The notes: generated by a model not told the origin, from the sequence alone. Positions 1 to 11,081 are shown, numbered from the whole stretch's first letter. The stretch: 62,526 nt of DNA, filler included, from Globobulimina sp. (GCA_003354225.1; 36 parts of 36 records of this genome joined end to end with filler, not necessarily neighbours in it), one strand, 5' to 3'. A program made the numbers and translations.

Positions 1-1530
1 AATGAAATTGGTAATGAGAACATTGATGAATTAGTGAATCCAAATTCGACCTTTCATAATACATTAGATAAATATTTAGAAATCATTGCATCGATAAATA
101 TTTGTTCAGATAAGTTTAAAAACGAAATTATTTCCATTAAGAAATATATATTTTCCACCTTTATACCAAATATTAAACATTATAAAGAATGGGATTTACC
201 GGAGATCATATTATGGATCAAATCGTTAGAAAATGGACGATTTGTGAAATATTTAGATATTTTATCATACGGATTCAAAGAGTCTGAGATTACCGGCGAA
301 GAATTACCCGATTTAAGCACCGCTGATCTATCCGTCACGCCATTTAATATCAAAATATTCAAAGACAAACGAGACATAATTAAGAATTTCCAGCGTTTAA
401 TTGCGGATCGTACAGCAAATAAAAATGATGCAAATGCGAATGAGAATAAAAATGCGGGTTTTCCAATGTTAATTGGCGACTTTTCCATTGGTAAAGACAC
501 CAACGAAGTCGTTGAGTCCATCATGAAGCGGCTACATACGAATGAGGCTGATGATAAAGTCTCCGATTTATCCTCTGTCAACGAACAGGGCCCATCCCAT
601 ATACCCTTCAATTCATTGACAGAGTATCAAGAGCGGGAATTGTACGGCCAATATGCCGCGATACGCAGGGACATTATCAATATGTTAGATGACGTATCTT
701 ACGATGATGGATCGTGGGGGCCCATCTTAGTGCGATTAGCATGGAATGCCAGCGGTACCTATGACGAATCGGATAATAGCGGCGGCCCCAATGGTGCCAG
801 TATGCGGTGTCAACCTGAAATGGACGACATTGAAAATGTCGGTTTGGAGATCGCGCGTAGCAAATTGGAGACAATTAAGGCGAAGTATGCAGAGATAAGT
901 TATGCGGATTTATGGATATTTGCGAGTTATATCGCCATTGAGTCGATGGGTGGGCCATATATTAAGTTCAATGGAGGTCGAACCGATGACAAAGCACAGA
1001 GTTTGTGTCCGGCTCAGGGTCGGTTACCCAGTGCGACTGACGATAGCTCGCGAGTAAGAGCAGTGTTTTACAGAATGGGTTTCGATGATCGCGAGATTGT
1101 GGCGCTGATTGGTGGCGGACATGCATTAGGTCGGTGTCATGCGGATCGATCCGGTTATGACGGAACTTGGGTGGATACGCCCATTAAATTCAGCAATGCG
1201 TTTTTTGAGGAGCTGTTTGAGAATGAATGGGAAGAGAGGAAGGTGGGAGAAAGCGGGAAGGTGCAGTTTAAGGACAAAAGTGATGAGTTGATGATGTTGC
1301 CCACGGATATGTTGTTGATTCGGGACGATGCGTTTAGAAAATGGGCAGAGATTTATTATAAGGATAAACATAGATTTTTTAAGGATTTTGGTGCTGCGTA
1401 TAAGAAATTAACGGAGTTAGGATGCGATGGTTTAAAACAGGATGGTTTGGTAGATTCGGGTCATGTGACTATTGAAAAAATAATGGAAACGCCGAAAATT
1501 GAAAAGGTTGAAGAAGCGTTTGTTGATTAA
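1..1530 (+). CDS. SAM-like domain fused to class I heme peroxidase (cytochrome c peroxidase-like), 5' partial
   Basis: The frame is open from base 1. WDLPEIILWIKSL...GFKESEITGEELPDL...IKIFKDKRDII is SAM-like. Peroxidase motifs are ILVRLAWNASGTYD, ISYADLW, GRLPSA, proximal GGHALGRCH, SGYDGTW and LMMLPTD. Confidence 0.9.
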   Translation, partial: NEIGNENIDELVNPNSTFHNTLDKYLEIIASINICSDKFKNEIISIKKYIFSTFIPNIKHYKEWDLPEIILWIKSLENGRFVKYLDILSYGFKESEITGEELPDLSTADLSVTPFNIKIFKDKRDIIKNFQRLIADRTANKNDANANENKNAGFPMLIGDFSIGKDTNEVVESIMKRLHTNEADDKVSDLSSVNEQGPSHIPFNSLTEYQERELYGQYAAIRRDIINMLDDVSYDDGSWGPILVRLAWNASGTYDESDNSGGPNGASMRCQPEMDDIENVGLEIARSKLETIKAKYAEISYADLWIFASYIAIESMGGPYIKFNGGRTDDKAQSLCPAQGRLPSATDDSSRVRAVFYRMGFDDREIVALIGGGHALGRCHADRSGYDGTWVDTPIKFSNAFFEELFENEWEERKVGESGKVQFKDKSDELMMLPTDMLLIRDDAFRKWAEIYYKDKHRFFKDFGAAYKKLTELGCDGLKQDGLVDSGHVTIEKIMETPKIEKVEEAFVD

Positions 1531-1641
1531 AAGAATGTAAAATTTTTTGCCGGTGTATTTTATGATCGGTGATGACTTTTTTATTATTATTTTAGTTATT
1601 TGTAATTTCTTGTATATGTACAGTCTATTTGTGTTTTCAAT

Positions 1642-1741
1642 NNNNNNNNNNNNNNNNNNNNNNNNNNNNNNNNNNNNNNNNNNNNTTAATTAATTAANNN
1701 NNNNNNNNNNNNNNNNNNNNNNNNNNNNNNNNNNNNNNNNN
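1642..1741. other. Artificial contig spacer (N-run + TTAATTAATTAA + N-run); first of 35, recurring about every 1.74 kb
   Basis: The same linker with stops in all six frames recurs at about 1686, 3427, 5168 ... 60834. The flanked fragments shrink slightly from about 1641 to 1637 bp, as in a size-sorted assembly. Confidence 0.99.
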
Positions 1742-3382
1742 GTGCGATTTACAACAATTCATTGTATATTGTTGGCGGTGAAGATGAGGAATACGATGTC
1801 TATTTTTGTGACATCAAACATTATTTGAAAGGGCGCGGCAATGGCAATATAAATATAAATGCAAATAAATGGACATTCCAACGAATGTGGAAACGCTCAG
1901 AATATATCAATCGCATTTTGGATTCCATTAAAAACGAATTTAATTTCGATACGTTTTATTCCTATTTGCAGCAAACGGTAAATATTTATAATATTAACAA
2001 TATGGAGCAATATAAGCAGAAGTTACACGAATTGATATTAACTTTTTGGTTGGTTCGGTTGGTGGATGACCCCACTTTGGAATTGAATGAAATTATATTA
2101 AACAAACAAATCGATAAAATGATCAATGACGAAAATATTAAACAATTGCAGCCGCATTGGACCATCCAAGATATGCTAATCATCAACAATGAGAATGAGA
2201 AATTAGATTTGAATGACAATCAAACTATGACCAGAATCAAATTCGAAGCCAAATTACAAACATTAATGATTGCCATCATCGATAAAAATAATAAACATAA
2301 CAATTTGCACGAGATACAAAGGAAAGAATATGTCAAATTCGTATGGACCAAATACAATGAATTCTTTTCAGAGTGCTTAGAAAAGGCAAAATTGTTCAAA
2401 AAATTCATCGGTTTAAGTTGCATTTCGTGTGCGGCGGCAAATAATAATCAGAAAACAGTGATCATTATCAAAGAAAACGGCTTCTCTGTCATACGGAATA
2501 TGGATTATTCTGAACAAATCGAAGTATATTTTGATCGATATGACGATGACGAAGATGATGAGTTGAATGATAATTTTAGTGAACCACCCATTCGATTACA
2601 CAAATTCATCGCCTTTTGTCATAATAAAAATAAAAATAAGTTTAAGTTTAACGATAATAATATTAACAATGAGATATATCATTGGTTTGTGGCTTGCACT
2701 TGGTTTTATTATCAAAATCATCATATTTTTAAATTATTGGAGGATAAAGATATCATTTCCGCACATTCCTTTCCCTCATATTTTAAACATTTTGTCGGCG
2801 AACACGATGCGACGATTAAAAGGCACACAAAAAAGCAAATCAATCATTTATATCAGATCCAACATAATAAATTCTTGCAAAATATCATTGAACTATTTGC
2901 TTTTGACGATGGCAAAGATGTTATAAACGATGATTGCAAAGACAACGATAATTGTTTTAACATCGACATCGGTTTAATATCGTGCATAGAATCATCGTTT
3001 GCCTCTATAGCGGCGGCGAGATATTCCTTATTAAAATCGATATATATCACATATTTATATATTTCTATGGAGCCTGATTTCGAAGAGGAAATAGAAGAAT
3101 GTACGCAAGAAATGAAGACATTAAGCAATTTATTATGTGGATATTTTGTTTTGTCCTATTTGTCGTCGTCGATTTACGAAACCAAACAATATTTGGGCAT
3201 CAATAATAATTACAGACAGCAGGAATCGGTGAGTACCAGTAAGAGATACGAGTTATTGTCCAATTTGCAGTCCTCATTTCGTTGTGGTTTATGTGTGGGA
3301 CATTACTTGCGATATAAAGGCATAAATATCAATTGTCTGTATTTTAAATCGCCGCTAATGTACATTGACTTGCTGATAAATA
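1742..3382 (+). CDS. Hypothetical Asn-rich protein, partial at both ends
   Basis: More than 530 open codons; no family motif recognised. Confidence 0.6.
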
Positions 3383-3482
3383 NNNNNNNNNNNNNNNNNN
3401 NNNNNNNNNNNNNNNNNNNNNNNNNNTTAATTAATTAANNNNNNNNNNNNNNNNNNNNNNNNNNNNNNNNNNNNNNNNNNNN

Positions 3483-5123
3483 CTACTACTACGAGTAGGA
3501 GCTGGATGTGTTTTATCTGGGTGCGGAGAGTGCCAACAGACTGGAATTACAAAATATTATGTTGAATGCGGTAAATGTGGCCGCACTGGAAGCTATGTCA
3601 CTGACTATCCATGTCACACTTGTAAAGGATCAGGAATATATAAACCAGGAGGCTGCAGAAGGTGCCATTCAAGCGGACGTCGTTTGAATCGAAATGGCGG
3701 AGAATGTGTTTGTTGGGGCTGCAAAGGTACTGGAACATACCAAACAGAATGTAAAAGGTGTGATGGAGAGGGTATACATATCCGTTCAACAAAATGCAAT
3801 AAATGTAATGGAAAAGGCGGCATACATAAACAAGTAAAATGTAGCAAATGTAAAGGAAAAGGCAAATACAAAAAAATATGTGATGATTGCAGTGGGGAAG
3901 GCACAGTTAAACATCAATGCGAAGGCTGTGATGGTGAGGGACAAATAATGGCTTTGGATTTTAAAAAATTATGTGGGACACAATCATTATGTGGCAAATG
4001 TAATAAGCACTTTCCAAAAACTATTGTTTTTCATTGGTCAAACTGTAAACATTTATTTTGTTATCAATGTATTTTATCTCATATTCAAAAGCAATTTGCT
4101 GATAATGCTGTGCCGATATGTTTAATATCACAATGTAAACAACGTTTGGAAATGCCTGAATTGGCGCGGATAGACCGGAAATATTGTAAAAAGTTTAAAA
4201 GAATAATATTAATGAATAACAGATTTGTTTGCAATGGATGTTTGATGATAAAAGCGCCACAACATAAATTTGTTTGGCCTCAATGCAGTCACAAATATTG
4301 TAAGCAATGTGTCACCAAACTGATCAATAAATCAGTGTCAATATTGAACCAAATACCGAGATGCATTACAAATGAATGTAATCAACCATTAGGCTTTAAA
4401 TATGCAGCTTCAATGAGTTCAATCAGCAATGCTTTGTTAAAAAAGTATGGCACTGATAAGGAAACAGCGGAAGGTTATGTGCGTCGGGGATATTTAATTT
4501 ATGGATATATTCGAAATATACGTGTTGCATTTGTGCCAAATGCACTAATAATATTAATATTGGATTATTATACATTGACATATGTTACAAACACCAATTG
4601 TATTCCATGCCAATCACTTGGTTTTCAAATGTCAGATTGTGAGCAATGTTTTGGAATTGGATACACTACAAATTGCAAACAATGTAGGCAGGAAATAGAG
4701 TGTGGTGGGTGTCGTGGAAGAAAAGCGTTTTCTGCTCAGTGCACAAATTGTAGCGTATATGGAAGTGTCTTAGCATTAGATTTTAATCAGTTATGTAATA
4801 AACAATCGTTGTGTAATAAATGTAATACATATTTCCCAAATGATATGATTTTTTATTGGACAAATTGTTGTCATACTTATTGTTTTGAATGTTTTTCATC
4901 GGATATTAAGGGTAAAATTGATAATAATATGCTTCCAATATGTTTAGTATCAAAATGTAAACAATATTTAAAAATGAAACAATTTCAATTTATAAATATG
5001 GATGAATACGCATATGGCACGGGATACGGCAATAAATTAAAAACATTAATATCAGAACACAACAGATTGAAATGTAATAAATGTCAGAAGATGACATTGC
5101 CAGAACAGGAATTTTTATGGACA
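3483..5123 (+). CDS. CxxCxGxG zinc-finger repeat protein with several RING-like modules, partial at both ends
   Basis: The frame is open from the contig start (CGECQQTG, CGKCGRTG, CHTCKGSG precede the track ORF). C-x2-C...W-x2-CxHxFCxxC...PICxxxxC modules are repeated three times. Confidence 0.8.
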
Positions 5124-5351
5124 NNNNNNNNNNNNNNNNNNNNNNNNNNNNNNNNNNNNNNNNNNNNTTAATTAATTAANNNNNNNNNNNNNNNNNNNNN
5201 NNNNNNNNNNNNNNNNNNNNNNNAAAATGTTAATGGTTCCCGATGAAACACAACCTTTAAGAATTCAATTTTGACTTTCAATGTTTTTATTTTGAATAAT
5301 CTGTAAAAAACTGTAAATTCAAAGAGTTTACAGTAAAAAACATAAATAATC

Positions 5352-6260
5352 ATGGCTGAACCCGCCACCAACGCAGGCGATCACACATCAATTGTCTCAG
5401 CAGCATTTAAACAAATAGATGTTGCCAACCTGATGGTGGAAGATGATCCCGAAGAAGATTCGCACCAAGACGACGTTCAAATGTTGAGATTGCAAGCTTT
5501 TGGAATAATGGTGTTATTGGTTACAATTGTAATTTGTGGCATAATATATGTCGTAGCCAACTCAATATCAACTTCGTTGGCATCAACATTTCCCACCGCT
5601 ATCCAACCTATTGTATTTTTTACGGTTCTTTCAGCAGCAGCACTGGGCGCATATTATGGCTTATATTTTAGTCATAGATATGGTGGTACCACACAGCAAC
5701 TCGATATTATAGAGGCAGCTGCCGAGGTTTTAAAAGAAAATAATAAAATATTTGATGAACAGGCCACGTCGTTAGGTCAAGAAGTAGATGGTTTGCGGTC
5801 ATTCACTGATAAGAAGCTGCAAAGAACACAGCATCGATTTGCCTCAGTTATTGAGGATGGAAAAGAGATTGGAAGAATTGGAAAATTGATACAAGGAAAT
5901 AACAAACAAACTACTGATTTTTTTAATGATATTGAAGAGATATTAAGATTAACAAATTTATTACAAAGACAAATATGCAAAAATAGATTGGTTTCAATGT
6001 TTTACGAATTGGAGTATGTTGGTGATGATCGAGATGGATTAAACAAGGCTGAATACAAGAAACTGTTATCGCGACTGGACAAAGATACAGCTGATACATT
6101 TAGAGAGGTCACCAGTTTTAGGCGGATGGACAAGGACTTGAATGGGCGAGTTTCTCTTCGTGAATTTCAAAGGGCATTGGATACAGTGTATAACGCATTG
6201 GATAAAAAGGATAGAGTAACTGTTGAACAGCTTAATAAGACTCAACAAGCCGAGTTTTAA
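5352..6260 (+). CDS. Two-TM, coiled-coil, EF-hand protein
   Basis: Two hydrophobic helices; canonical EF loop DKDLNGRVSLREF and a degenerate loop DDRDGLNKAEY. Confidence 0.75.
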   Translation: MAEPATNAGDHTSIVSAAFKQIDVANLMVEDDPEEDSHQDDVQMLRLQAFGIMVLLVTIVICGIIYVVANSISTSLASTFPTAIQPIVFFTVLSAAALGAYYGLYFSHRYGGTTQQLDIIEAAAEVLKENNKIFDEQATSLGQEVDGLRSFTDKKLQRTQHRFASVIEDGKEIGRIGKLIQGNNKQTTDFFNDIEEILRLTNLLQRQICKNRLVSMFYELEYVGDDRDGLNKAEYKKLLSRLDKDTADTFREVTSFRRMDKDLNGRVSLREFQRALDTVYNALDKKDRVTVEQLNKTQQAEF

Positions 6261-6485
6261 CGTGTTGTTCTTTTTTGATGGAAAAATATAGTTTTTGAAT
6301 GAAACAATATATCATAAGTCCGACTCCAGACTCACAGACTTTAAAAAATGTGCAATGTTATATTTGATTGTTTGTCTTTCTAAAGAGTGTACCGTGCCCT
6401 CAGCAGATAAGTATTCATTGGTAATCGATTCATAAATCATAACATAATATCCTTTGTCGTATAAACAAACGCGTTGCTAGTGTGT

Positions 6486-6818
6486 TCAAACTAGATCGAT
6501 GGTCACATTATGCTGTTTTTCAACTGTGCCATTTTCATTACATGATCCATAAATATTTGCCAACAAAATCGTAGCAGATGATATATACTTATCATTCTCA
6601 CCAAATCTTTGTTTAAATTGATCAAATACAATTTGACCGAGTTCCTTTTCTTTATATTTGCGGCATCCACTCAGCAATGACAGCCATGCTAAGTTTGTAA
6701 CACATTGAACATTATCATCATATTCCAACAAATGTTTATATGCTTCATTTAATAATCCTTTTCTTGACAGACAATCAATATACGCTGTATTAACATTAAG
6801 ACATTTATATTGTACCAT
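6486..6818 (-). CDS. C-terminal part of a PPR protein with an E-domain-like end
   Basis: TAYIDCLSRKGLLNEAY...WLSLLSGCRKY...ATILLANIYG matches the pattern of the last PPR motif plus E motifs in PLS-class PPR proteins. Confidence 0.7.
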   Translation of the reverse strand: MVQYKCLNVNTAYIDCLSRKGLLNEAYKHLLEYDDNVQCVTNLAWLSLLSGCRKYKEKELGQIVFDQFKQRFGENDKYISSATILLANIYGSCNENGTVEKQHNVTIDLV

Positions 6819-7039
6819 CCGGCATATTTACTGCGCTCTCCTATGAAAAAGAAGGAAGCTTGGCNNNNNNNNNNNNNNNNNNNNNNNNNNNNNNNNNNNN
6901 NNNNNNNNTTAATTAATTAANNNNNNNNNNNNNNNNNNNNNNNNNNNNNNNNNNNNNNNNNNNNATTTTAACGCTCTTTTTTCGCAAAACTTACTCAAAA
7001 TGACAACATTCAGTAACCTAATCGGAGCGACCAATATAA

Positions 7040-8350
7040 ATGCAAACGATCGTGCTCACAAACACTGTCACTGATATCGATCATGTGCCGCTACAGTCAC
7101 AAAGTACCACAGAAATTCAAACAAACAATGAAAAGTTTTATAACAGATCGTTGGAGGCATTACGTGGGAACGAAATGGACATTAAACAATATTGGAGCAA
7201 ACCAGTACAGGTTACAGTATTAACAGTAAACAAGAATACAATGGTATTTCGAGGACAATTTAGCTGTTGTGATGACAGCGGCTGGATAACATTCAATGAG
7301 GTACTTTATGAGAAACATCCAGAACCCCAATTTTTAGAAGGAATGATGGATTTTACAATGTGGCACATATCTGCCATTTGCGATATCATATTAATTGATG
7401 AGGCGGATAGCAAAGAAAAAGAAGAAACCAAATCATGTAAATTAGGCAAATCAATCGCAAACATGGTATTTGATGTATTGAGACTCAAATTAGTACGCAA
7501 AGCATTGTTTAAAATGACATCGCAATATCTCGATCTTAGACCATTAGATATAGTATTTCGCAAATTGTACTTTAAATCATCGACTAAAGCTTCAATTAAA
7601 CAGCAAATTGGTGACAATATTGTAAATATAAAAATACCTCAAAATTTAACTGTTAATCCATTATTTTCATCATTATTTACAGCTGCCATCACTGACTCTG
7701 ATCGCATCAGAACAGGACGTTGCAATTACAATTTGCATGATGCGTTGTCTCTGCTGAATGATTATCATACTTTGTGGATACAACATATTAAACAAAATAC
7801 TGTTGGCACAGATTCAGATGAAAAAGAAACAACAGCGATTCAATGTAAATTCAACAAAAGTTATGAGGATTGGGACAATTGTGAATTAAATGCTATGCCG
7901 GACAATTGTCTTAATAGCTTTGTATATGGATATAGAGATCCACGTCGACGCCATGTTTTTACGTCGCAGTGGAACTCTGAGTTACCGGCGCAAATTCAGC
8001 TTGGTGCTGTTGCTACAGATCCAAAAGCAAAGAATGTTTATATTGAATCCATTTGGCCACATTATTTTGTTGGACCGGTTACGAAATCGAAAAAAAAACA
8101 TCCAGATTGGCTGTGTATGAAATGTTTGAAGGAATCCAGTCAATCAACTGTGCCATCACTGCAATGTGAAGAATCTAAAGAGAAGATACATTTTTATAAA
8201 TCAAATAGAACCGATATGAACATGGAGATTTGTCAACTTTGTGTTGAAACTTGCTTAGCAGCACAAGGATGGGCAAGATTTGCGCAAAAACAGACTAAAG
8301 CATCAAAAGTTGAGTACTTCATAGTTCATTTTAATATAAGTTTTGCGTAA
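7040..8350 (+). CDS. Hypothetical protein with a C-terminal Cys cluster
   Basis: 436-aa ORF; WLCMKC...EICQLC may bind zinc; family not recognised. Confidence 0.55.
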   Translation: MQTIVLTNTVTDIDHVPLQSQSTTEIQTNNEKFYNRSLEALRGNEMDIKQYWSKPVQVTVLTVNKNTMVFRGQFSCCDDSGWITFNEVLYEKHPEPQFLEGMMDFTMWHISAICDIILIDEADSKEKEETKSCKLGKSIANMVFDVLRLKLVRKALFKMTSQYLDLRPLDIVFRKLYFKSSTKASIKQQIGDNIVNIKIPQNLTVNPLFSSLFTAAITDSDRIRTGRCNYNLHDALSLLNDYHTLWIQHIKQNTVGTDSDEKETTAIQCKFNKSYEDWDNCELNAMPDNCLNSFVYGYRDPRRRHVFTSQWNSELPAQIQLGAVATDPKAKNVYIESIWPHYFVGPVTKSKKKHPDWLCMKCLKESSQSTVPSLQCEESKEKIHFYKSNRTDMNMEICQLCVETCLAAQGWARFAQKQTKASKVEYFIVHFNISFA

Positions 8351-8705
8351 TTGCTGTACTGTGTTAATGTGTTGATTGTATGCAGAGATATTACAAACGG
8401 TTGAAAAATAAATTGGATGACTATAATGAAAAAGGAATACCATGGACACCGCCCACTGTACTGGCGGGACAAAGGCATTATGGAATATGTGAAGCATTGC
8501 CATATCCAACATTTCCTCCATATATGCCTGGCCCTGGAATGAATCAACCAATTCCAACAAGGCCTGCAGCAAAATACCGGTATGGACCAAGAACTACAAA
8601 ACCTGNNNNNNNNNNNNNNNNNNNNNNNNNNNNNNNNNNNNNNNNNNNNTTAATTAATTAANNNNNNNNNNNNNNNNNNNNNNNNNNNNNNNNNNNNNNN
8701 NNNNN

Positions 8706-9755
8706 CATCATATTTGTAGCCAACGTGAACGTATAATCAATCGCAGACGTTTCCTATGTGCAGAATGTTAAAATATATATAAATATACCAATCACTCCGA
8801 AGCTGTACATATCAAATTATATAAATTGGAAAACTAAACTTGTATGTTATATGAATCTGGAAAATAATAAGTTAATGTTTCATGCAATGATTCGACCAAA
8901 ACCGCATAATATTTCCTATCAACACCGAGTTTACTATGTATTGCACCTAACTCTGCTAAGACCTGTGATAAATTATCATCATTCCGCAATATTGTACGAA
9001 TTAACCAACCTGTAACGTTCACAAATTTTAAGCTAATTTTTTCTATTTTTTCCCCAATTTTAAGGTTATTTTCATTGAATTTAGTTTTGAATATTTGTTT
9101 GATTTTATTGTCTTTCACCATTGATATCATTCCCAAATAAAGAGCGACACCAATTTCCTGCAGATATTTATTAAAGTTATCAATATCAGGCAACGGTTCA
9201 CAGACAAATAAGTTTGAATATGTTCAGCAGAAACAATGACACTCTTTTATTGCGGCAGTAATTATCCAAAGTAAAATACGAACAAAAATTCATAAAAATA
9301 TTGAAAGTTAGGCAACAAAATATGAACTAGACGGAAAAAAGAGTGTATTTTTTAATCTTTTACTTTAAATAATTACCACCACAAAAACAAACAGTACGCA
9401 ATGTTTTTGTAGAACGTATTATTAAATCATGAAAACAAAATGAAAAACAGTTTTTTATTTAATTAACTAATTGTTGTTCAAAGGATAATGCATTCATTTG
9501 ACTATTCCAAAAATCAGCAGCGATTTGAACAATTCTGGTGGATACAATTGCAATTTTCTGAGGATTTTGTAGTGGTTTTGGTAATGGTAATGTTCGTGGT
9601 GTAATAGATCTGCTACGACATGAATCATATTCTGGTAATTGGAGTGAACCACAATTCGAAGATCGCGAATTTGATTTTGATGGTAAGTGCGCAAATGTCG
9701 GTGTGCTTAAACTTAAAGTATCATTTGCTGACATTGATTCCATTTGGTTACCCAT
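8706..9755 (-). CDS. Globin with N-terminal extension, 3 exons (9755-9468, 9157-8840, 8753-8706), 3' partial
   Basis: Two phase-0 GT-AG introns join FWNSQM..EQQL|EIGVALY..IKQIF..LAELGAIHSKLGV..LHETL..YNIQ|ETSAIDYTF. The CD1 Phe and proximal F8 His are present. Confidence 0.8.
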
Positions 9756-9836
9756 TATAAATAAACTACGTTTGCCTTGTGAGGTATTGTCGATGAAAGT
9801 TTTAGTGCTCGAAAATCGTATAAAACTTTGTCTGAA

Positions 9837-10346
9837 ATGACGTCTTTATTTTTATTGCTTGCTGTACCATTTGCAGTATCAGAGCAACAGATATGTCACA
9901 GAGTTCAAGGGAGGGTTGTAATGGAACCAGATGGTGGAATCGTTGAGCTACAGGGACATGCACGTGAAGTAACCTGCGGAGGTGAAGCAGGATGGAACTG
10001 TGGAGGTCATATTCCATATATAATAGATCATAAAAACAGTATAAAACAGCACACCAAAAAAACAAAACAGGAGTCCGTAAATTTGGTGTTTCTCTCCCAG
10101 CCGATGCTTCTGACAACGACAGCTCCAGTCAACATTTATGGTCCTCATTAAATATCGGCTGTGTACATGACCGAGATTGTGCGACCATATTAGGTGCACC
10201 CGGTGACAATGTTAGTGTTGGATGCAAATATTCCGCGTATGTCCATATATAAATGTGTGCAAAATTGTGTATCACATTTGATCATAAAAAAAATGTACAG
10301 TTTTACATGGCGCCGATGGGAACCACGCAGTTGCAATGCAGCTGCA
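9837..10346 (+). CDS. Secreted Cys-containing protein, spliced, 3' partial
   Basis: Signal-peptide-like MTSLFLLLAVPFAVS. Removing two GT-AG introns (about 10005-10070 and 10237-10300) gives a continuous frame ...WNCGGVRKFG...GCVHDRDC...GCKYSAFTWRRW. Confidence 0.55.
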
Positions 10347-10448
10347 NNNNNNNNNNNNNNNNNNNNNNNNNNNNNNNNNNNNNNNNNNNNTTAATTAATT
10401 AANNNNNNNNNNNNNNNNNNNNNNNNNNNNNNNNNNNNNNNNNNNNGT

Positions 10449-10748
10449 GTAGTTGCCGTAAAAGCCATCAATAATTACTTTTATTTATATGATCAAAGTA
10501 ATGATAAGAAGAGAATACAGTTTGTTGATAATTCAAGAATTGCAAAATTTCCTGAAACTGGATCCATATTTTTAGCTGAATGGGATTTTGTCGCTCAAAC
10601 ATTTGCGATTTGTGTCAAAAAAGGGAATTCGAACAGATGGAAGTCGCAAATAAGAATACGGCAAACGAAAAATAATATAATTACAGGATTTGCCTTATGG
10701 GATACTGCTAAAATTAAAATTATTGATTGCCAACTTACAATAAAATGA
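10449..10748 (+). CDS. 3' end of a gene, possibly a SPRY-like beta domain
   Basis: About 99 open codons from the contig start to TGA (not in the ORF track); beta-rich pattern. Confidence 0.35.
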   Translation, partial: VVAVKAINNYFYLYDQSNDKKRIQFVDNSRIAKFPETGSIFLAEWDFVAQTFAICVKKGNSNRWKSQIRIRQTKNNIITGFALWDTAKIKIIDCQLTIK

Positions 10749-11081
10749 ATAAATTGACAATTAGTATGTCAGTATCGTGTGTGGTGTAATACATCAATGA
10801 TTTATCATTTGTTGCATACATATTAATTATATTGTAATATAAAAATAGTTAATAGCATATTCATCCAATAGTGTCATAACAATTCGAATTGCCAATGATT
10901 TCCATCTATGCCCGCGCGCTTAAACTAGGCTTAAAGCCACATCAAAAATGCCACCACGTACGTTTTGCTTCTCACTGACTTAAGAGAAAAATACTTGAAA
11001 ACTTAGTGAATAATTAAGTTTACTGTGAAACCATGTCAACGTAATTTGATTTGTTGAACAATCATAACAGAATCACTGACA

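Noticed and set aside
180..1371. Short antisense or overlapping ORFs in the track (here and throughout)
   Set aside because: They are shadows of better-supported genes and have no motifs of their own.
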